From Jimgerdemannia flammicorona (lineage: Eukaryota): 44,256 nucleotides of DNA. How positions within the stretch are numbered: the stretch's first letter is position 1; each line of letters begins with the position of its first letter. Shown one piece after another: positions 37,489 to 44,256 of the stretch. Both the position numbers and the translations under genes were made by a program. The notes beneath the pieces are model-generated. The model did no database searches, was not told where the DNA came from, and saw only the letters and a program-made list of their open reading frames with translations. Location: contig RBNJ01000070.1 of NCBI GenBank assembly GCA_003990765.1, positions 1-44,256 on the forward strand, read 5' to 3'.

Positions 37489-37649
37489 AGCTTGTGTTTA
37501 AAAAGTAAAAAGGATTACAAAAGAAACCACTGCCTCCAAGAGACCGGATAAATTCTGAGAACAAGATAACAACCTAGAGCAATGGATCGCTCAGAAGTTT
37601 GAGTTAAAGAATTTTCTCTTACCACGGAAAGAAAACGTTACCTGACTGC

Positions 37650-37875
37650 CGCCATTCGAGACCCGAGACCCAGCCAAGGATTCAAGACCAGACCGCCATT
37701 CGGACTGCCATTCGGACTGCCATTCGAGACCCGAGACCCAGCCAAGGATTCAAGACCAGACCACCATTCGGACCACCATTCGGACCACCATTCGAGACCT
37801 GAGACCCAGCCAAGGATTCAAGACCAGACTGCCATTCGGACTGCCATTCAGACTGCGCATTCAGACTGCCATTCA
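37650..37875 (+). repeat. Nested tandem repeat in element C R/U5 (12-bp ccattcggactg within ~68-bp units)
   Basis: 3x ccattcgagacccgagacccagccaaggattcaagaccagac. Confidence 0.85.
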
Positions 37876-38355
37876 AGATTCAAGATCCAGAAACCCAAGG
37901 ATACCCAGCCAAAGGATACTAGGCCGCCAAAGACCAACCCGCTGCCAATCGAACGACTGCCAGGAACCTTTCAAGATTAACCAAGACGGATGAGCGAGCC
38001 ATCAACCTCCATTTTCCCAACCTACTGCACCATGAACTGCTTAAAGTCAAGACCGTCGCCCGCTTCAAATCAACCGCATATTCCGCTAAAGTTTATCACC
38101 GCTGGCACACCCAAGTAACCACCCTCTGTTAGTAACAACACCTTTTTTCACTGAATATTGAGCCACCATCAATGTCCTGAGCCAACGAACAATCTCTCGC
38201 TAATTATCAATTACCGCATAAATCGAACGAGCCGATCACGTGATCAATGACCTGCGAACGTCACCAATGCATTCAGTTATCCATCGTGCGCTTCACCAGT
38301 GACACACATTGAGCCGTGTAGTTGAAGTTCATTATACATAACTGATGCCACATTT

Positions 38356-38373
38356 TGGGGGCTCAACTGGGAA
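38356..38373 (+). promoter_or_regulatory. Primer-binding site of element C, tRNA-Pro-like
   Basis: TGGGGGCTCAACTGGGAA resembles the tRNA-Pro PBS TGGGGGCTCGTCCGGGAT. Confidence 0.8.
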
Positions 38374-39252
38374 AGTTTTCAAAAGACTTGACCATTTGGC
38401 TCAAGAACCCAGCTATCTACAGTGGAGAACTTAGCAGGACCAAGTCAGCAACCAAACCAGGGGCAGCAACAGCCCTCCTCAGCAGAAAAGAAAGCCCACA
38501 CCCTTGTCAGAACAGTAGCCAGGACCCTATTCAACACCAGTAGCCAGAAAACCAAATCAGAAGAAAGAAGTGACCCAGACTACGGTTTGACTTCAAGAGA
38601 AAGGAGACGACTCAGAGGACAACCAGAACTGCCCCTTCAGATCCAAGACTTAGGCCAAGAAGAAGAAGAGAATATTCCTGAGGAGTATCAGACCCTTATC
38701 CATAGGAAGAACTCAGACAGAAGTGACTACATAACTACTGTTGTTACTCGAGTCACTCTACTAGACCGGGTATACTTTGAAACATCAGAAGGAGAAGAGG
38801 ACTATTATCCATATCAACCAGAGCAAGACGATGATTGGGGATCAGACTATTAAAGGGATGAATTCAACCTATACTATTATCCAGACAGCGACACTGACCC
38901 ACAGCAGCAACCAGATGAACAAGACCTCACCACTTCACAACAGCAAGGGGCAGACAAACTCACTATCAGTTATATCAGTCCACTCCCACTATCAGTTGCT
39001 CGAACTTCAGTACTCTGGTCACTCACACCTCGCCACTATCACCAGTCCATCAGAAGATCTCCACCACTACCCAGGACTTCAACTCTAGCATTAATTAGAA
39101 GGGCCAGATTACCCTCACCCTCACCAAGACACTGCCCTCTGCCAGCACCACTAGATCATCAAGTACTAGCACCACCACCTTCCCCATCACCCTGAGGATC
39201 TGCCAGATCCCCTACCCCTGAACAATACTCAGATAGTGAAGACGAGCCAGAC

Positions 39253-42200
39253 ATGAGCTACTTTCAGAAGTTCCATGGTGCAGACAATGAAGATATCAAG
39301 GAATTCTTTGGAGAAATTGAAGTTCAAGCAGCCACCAAACAATGGGATGCTGCGAGAAAACTCAGAATTGTGGAGTCGCTCCTGAGAGGACCAGCCCTAC
39401 AGAGGTATAATCAAGCCAAGCAAGCCGGAGGAGAAATCCATACAGAGGAACTGAATGATGGCCTTCAACCTGATAGGAACCATGTAGCAAGATACATGAT
39501 TCACAAAGCCTGGCTCCGTGCCCAGTTCAATGGATTCGAGCGCCAACAAGAAGCACAGGAGGCTTTGACCTATATGAGCCAAGCTGCCAATGAAACCCCC
39601 AAGAGTTTCTACTATCGGATTTAAGCTCAAATGATCAAGGTGAACCTTCAACCAGCAGTCCAACTGGCCCTAGCCTCAACTACCTTCCTCAATGGCTTAT
39701 ACCCAGAACTCTGAAGGCAAGTTATCAGGATGGGATATCAAAACATTGAACAGCAAGTTGCTGGAGCACAAGGATGTTGGGAAGCAGATTATAGACCAGT
39801 ATAACAAGTACAAGGCTATCCTGAGCCAATCTGAGCCAAAACCTCAAGGACCTGAGGAATAACCATGGAGCAAGAGAATGCCTTCCTCAGAGCCCAGATA
39901 GCCAACTATGAGAACAGACCAGCACCTACAAATCCAACTCCATTCAGGCAACCACAGCAGCAGCCACCATCAAGAGTTCAAGAAGACCCCATGACAACGC
40001 TCACCAAGCAAATGAAGGACCTGGCCATTGCAGTTACTCAGCTGAACAACCAAGGTAGAAGACAACAAGACTACCATCGTGATAACCGACCAGACTACTG
40101 GCAACAAGACAACAGAGGTCCTGCCCCCACACTATCAGCTACAACTACAGCCTCACCAGCGACTGGTTTCTATGGTCCCACCTGCTCCAACTGCAAAAAT
40201 CAAGGCCACATCCAGAGGAATTGTCCAAGAAACCAATCCACCCAGTTCAATGACAGAAATGTCAACCTCTTTCAGGTAGATGAAGAGACTCAGGAGATGG
40301 AAGAAGAAGCAGCCTGGCTCCATGGTCAAGAAGATGATATCTACCCATACTTTGAGGCCTTTTCATCCAAGGTGACATGGGAAGCTGCCCCAGCAGAGAC
40401 CAGAGGATGAGGAAGACTATGAAGAAACCCCCCACCTCAACTGCCAGTAATAATATCCACAGGCAAGCATCCGCGACATGGCCATTCTTCTTCAGACACT
40501 CCACAAGAACAGGAGAAGCAAGTGAGAAGAGATACTCCTGAACCAGAAGCCGGACCATCTAGGACAACCCCCAGCTCTACTTTGCCAGACCTTGAAGAAG
40601 ATGAGTATATGAGCATAGAATCTTCAGCTGATGAAATGCCCATCAGGAATGAGAGACTACACCCTAAGGGACCAAGACACCAAAGAAGCAGCAAGCCCCA
40701 TGCAGCAGCCTCACTTTGGGAACATATCCATCTACAGAATGCTGGTCTTACAGTTGAGCAAGTCCTCAAGAATGCACCAGAAGTCAGGCGAAAATTCCTG
40801 AAAGAAGCTAAGGAAGACACCAAGAGACTTCCAGTCCAAGGACCACATACTCAAGAACCTAGCACTATCCACACAGTCCATGAGAGCCAGCGACATGAAC
40901 ATCAATCTACAAGACTCACCAATGGAAAAGTGCATGGTGAAAATGCCAGAATTCTCATCAATACTGGAGCAGCAGTATGCATCATCACCCAAAGAATGTT
41001 GGAGCGAATTGGATGGGGAATAGATGAAGGAACCAAAGCAAGAGTTATCATGGCTGACGGATCAGCTTCCACACCCCTTGGACTTGTCAGAGACATTCCC
41101 ATTCAAGTTGGAAAGGCCCGCCTCAATGTACCCAAAGCTGTCGTGACCCCCGCAATCTCCTATGACCTGATCCTGGGAACTGACTGGTTAAGCTGAGTGG
41201 GAGCCAATGTAGATATCAAGAAACAACTCCTGGTCTTCTCCACTCATGGACAGAAGCACAAGGTGCCCATTGACTTGAAAGGATTATCTAAAAAGACGAA
41301 TCAAGCCTCAGAAACAGAATGGCAAGGACATGGCGACACCCCCACTACTACTGAGGATGAAAGTAAGGCCAATTTCCTACAAGAACTAGGAAGTGATTTC
41401 GATGCCCCAAGGGACCAAGAAAGCGAACAAGAAGACTCTTTCATTGGAGTTATTGGTATTGAAGGCCTGGAAGAAAGCATTGATAGAGCCATTAATGCAA
41501 GGGCAGCACTTGAGTTTGCAGGACCCTCTGCTCAACCACCACCACTACTGGTAGAAAATCAGATCATGCGAGCCTTTCATCAAGGCATATGCAAACACTT
41601 CATCAGCTTCCACTCACCAAGAGATGATTGCAGCAATTGCCGAATCCTGGATCTTAAGAAGGTTCCAATGCCAGAAATTGATGACAAGGATGAATTGAAG
41701 CAAGCACCATCCCACAGCCAAATACAACCTCCAACCCCAAAGACCTTCAAGAAGACCTATAAGGAAGGACAAAAGATCCTCGCCTGCCAAACATTCGAGT
41801 CCCTTACCATCGAAGGAGAAAGCAACAGCTCTTACACTATCACTCGGGCCCTCCAGATCACACAGCCCACCTATGATAAGTATCAGAAGAGATTCCCTAC
41901 CAGTAGGGAGGTCAAACAGCAAAATGAAGACTTTGTCAAAAAGGGATATTGTGATTGTGGAAAAACCTTTACCTGCTATTAGTGTGAACATCGAGACATT
42001 CACCTCAGCGAAGATGTCTACAAGAGCCGAGTCAAGAGAAAGGACCCCACCCTGCAAGAACCTTGAATTCGCTGGGTCTGTCGGAAGTGCAAAGAAATCA
42101 ACCATGAAGGAGATTGCAAGTTCAAGAACAAGACCTCCATCTGGGACCTACCATTGGAAGTTCTTGCCATCATTCACTGGTACTGCCGCCCTCATCAAGG

Positions 42201-43164
42201 AAAAGAAGGTATCAATCTTGTCTTCATCCTTATGGAAGCTCTGGACCCTCTAGGAAAGACTGGATTCAATTACACAAGAAACTCAAAGACAGGAGCTCAC
42301 TGGCCTTTCTTCAAACTGGAGTGCATGGACTTCTCACCTACAATGGCAACAGCTGAAGTGCCATTTCTCAAAGCTCAACCAATTATCCAGATCAAGCTGC
42401 TTTCACCCTGGGCACAGCCACCTCTTGCACAAACAGAAGGATCAGTTGGCTATGACCTCTGCCTCCCCTACCAAGCAAGAATCCGACCCAGAAGTACCAG
42501 GACTTTTGACCTACAGATCGCACTCGCTATACCACCTGGGCATTATGGACAATTGGCCTCAAGATCCTCATTGGCAACCAAAGGAGTCACAGTAGAAGGA
42601 GGAGTCATCAATCAGGACTACCGAGGTCCCTTGAAGGTCATTATCCACAATTCTAGTAGAACCAGCCGATTCTTCAGTCCTATGGAAGCCATCTGCCAAA
42701 TCCTGTTTATCAAGATATTACAGCCAACCATCCAAGAGGTAGACTAACTAGAAGATACCAACAGAGAACAAGGAGGCTTTGGAAGCACCAATAGAAATCT
42801 ATGGACACCACCTATCAAGGTTCATTTGGCAATAGTTGCTCAATTCTGACAAATGAGACCCCACATCTGCCATCCAATCTGAGCAAGAGAAGATATCCTC
42901 CTACAGCCCTACCAGCAAAAAGGCCTAGATGTGCACCTACCAGTAGAAGCAAACAACTTAATATTTGCACCATCATTGGAGCTTCAAAAGGAATACCACA
43001 TCCTCCTGGCTGAAGAATGAATTCATGACCAGATGTCACCAATCCACATCTCTATCAAAAACTCGGGCTTCGAAGTGATAACTATCTCCAAGAGAACAAC
43101 ACTGGGATATTTCGAACCACTGATAGACATCTATGAGGAAGAAGTCTTCGAATTCTTGGGAAAC
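39253..43164 (+). pseudogene. gag-pro-dut: Element C ORF1: Gag, CCHC knuckle, protease, accessory block, dUTPase, dUTPase-like domain in one frame
   Basis: FHGADNEDIKEFF; CSNCKNQGHIQRNC; ILINTGAAV (D>N) and DLILGTDWL; GYDL, RSSL, GVINQDYRG, GGFGST. Confidence 0.92.
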
Positions 43165-43203
43165 AGCAAGCCCTCTCTGGTGAGACTGATGGTACCAGGG
43201 AGG
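43158..43203 (+). promoter_or_regulatory. -1 programmed ribosomal frameshift signal
   Basis: In-frame G GGA AAC, 7-nt spacer, 10-bp stem cctctctggt/accagggagg; RT is in the -1 frame. Confidence 0.82.
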
Positions 43204-44256
43204 AAGACTCAGCAAATTCAGCAATCAAAGCCGTTGACATCGAGACAACTCTAACCAAGGACTAGCAACAACAAATACAGGAGTTAATAGAGGAGTACAA
43301 AGATATATTTACCACCACATATGATAACTTCCCACCATATCAATATGGAGAACACCCTATACATACTGGAGATGCAAGACCAATCCGACAATGACCCTAT
43401 CGAACACCACATCATCTGATTGAATTCGAACAATAACACATAGATGAAATGCTATGAAATGGAGTCATCAGACCTTCATCAAGTCCCTGGGCTTTACCAG
43501 CAATCATAGTACCAAAGAAAGGAGGATAGAGATTAGTCGTGGATTTCAGAAAACTCAACAAAGTTACCACTGAAGATGCCTATCCACTGCCAAGAATTGA
43601 TGACCTCATCAATGCCCTTGGAAAAGCCAAATACATGACCACTACCAACCAGTTCCAAGGATTCCAAGTAATATCCATTGCCAAAGAAGATATCTGCAAG
43701 ACGGCCTTCATCACTAGACGAGGACAGTATGAATACCTATGAATGCCCTTTGGACTCTGCAATGCACCTGCCTCATTCCAACGAATGATGAACTGTGTCT
43801 ACCGGGACCTTATCGGAAGAAATGTGCTAGTGTACATAGATGATGTAATCATCTACTCTGAGACATTCAAGCAGCATTTGCAAGACCTCTGCAAAGTATT
43901 CAATACCATTCGAAATTCAGAACTCAGACTCAATGCCAAGAAGTGCTTCTTCAGAAAACATCAAGTCGAATATCTAAGATATGTTATTTCAGCTCAAGGA
44001 ACACATGCCAACCTCCACAAGGTGGAGAAAGTCAAGAACTACCCAACCCCGACCTCAGCAAAGGAGACCCTATCCTTTCTTATACTGGCATCCTACTATC
44101 GATGATTCATCCCAAGGTTTTCAGATAAGGCAGCACCTCTCCGAGATATCTCCAAGAAGGACCAACCATTCTACTGGAAAGAAGAACAACAAAAGTCATT
44201 CGACCTACTCAAGAAGGTCCTTACCGAAGCCCCTGTCCTGGTGTGACCAGACTTTG
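43165..44256 (+). pseudogene. pol: Element C reverse transcriptase (partial pol)
   Basis: VDFRKLN, YPLPRIDD, MPFGLCNAPASFQR, YIDD. Confidence 0.95.

Larger units (their letters stand above)
35888..38352 (+). repeat. Element C 5' LTR (~2.46 kb, inferred)
   Basis: TGTGACAT...ATGCCACA imperfect terminal inverted repeat, abrupt start inside the satellite, PBS right after. Partner LTR lies outside the window. Confidence 0.75.
35888..44256 (+). mobile_element. Element C: Ty3/gypsy LTR retrotransposon with dUTPase, runs off the window
   Basis: LTR-like unit, PBS, gag, PR, dUTPase, RT. Confidence 0.95.

Overview
Eukaryotic, most likely fungal, repeat-rich DNA; about 90% is nested, C>T/G>A-decayed transposons around a ~3.6-kb CpG-normal island (~18030-21650). 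There are three divergent Ty3/gypsy-type LTR retrotransposons that all carry a dUTPase. Element A (+, 64-15423) is interrupted by a ~530-bp repeat and a full-length LINE. Element B (-, 25491-34280) is complete with a 4-bp TSD. Element C (+, 35888 to window end) is the least decayed. Also present: LINE fragments, a MULE transposase relic, satellites, one apparently intact host gene for a tail-anchored protein, a ~410-bp foldback and a Myb-domain relic. The main result is a retrovirus-like design shared by the LTR elements. (1) A conserved extra gene of unknown function sits behind integrase in A but inside the U3 of the LTRs in B and C. (2) A and C have a GGGAAAC + stem -1 frameshift between dUTPase and RT. 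(3) In A and B integrase is a separate ATG-initiated ORF. (4) A zinc-finger/F-box-like block lies between protease and dUTPase. All alignments and translations were done by eye and no database searches were run; coordinates of decayed domains are approximate.
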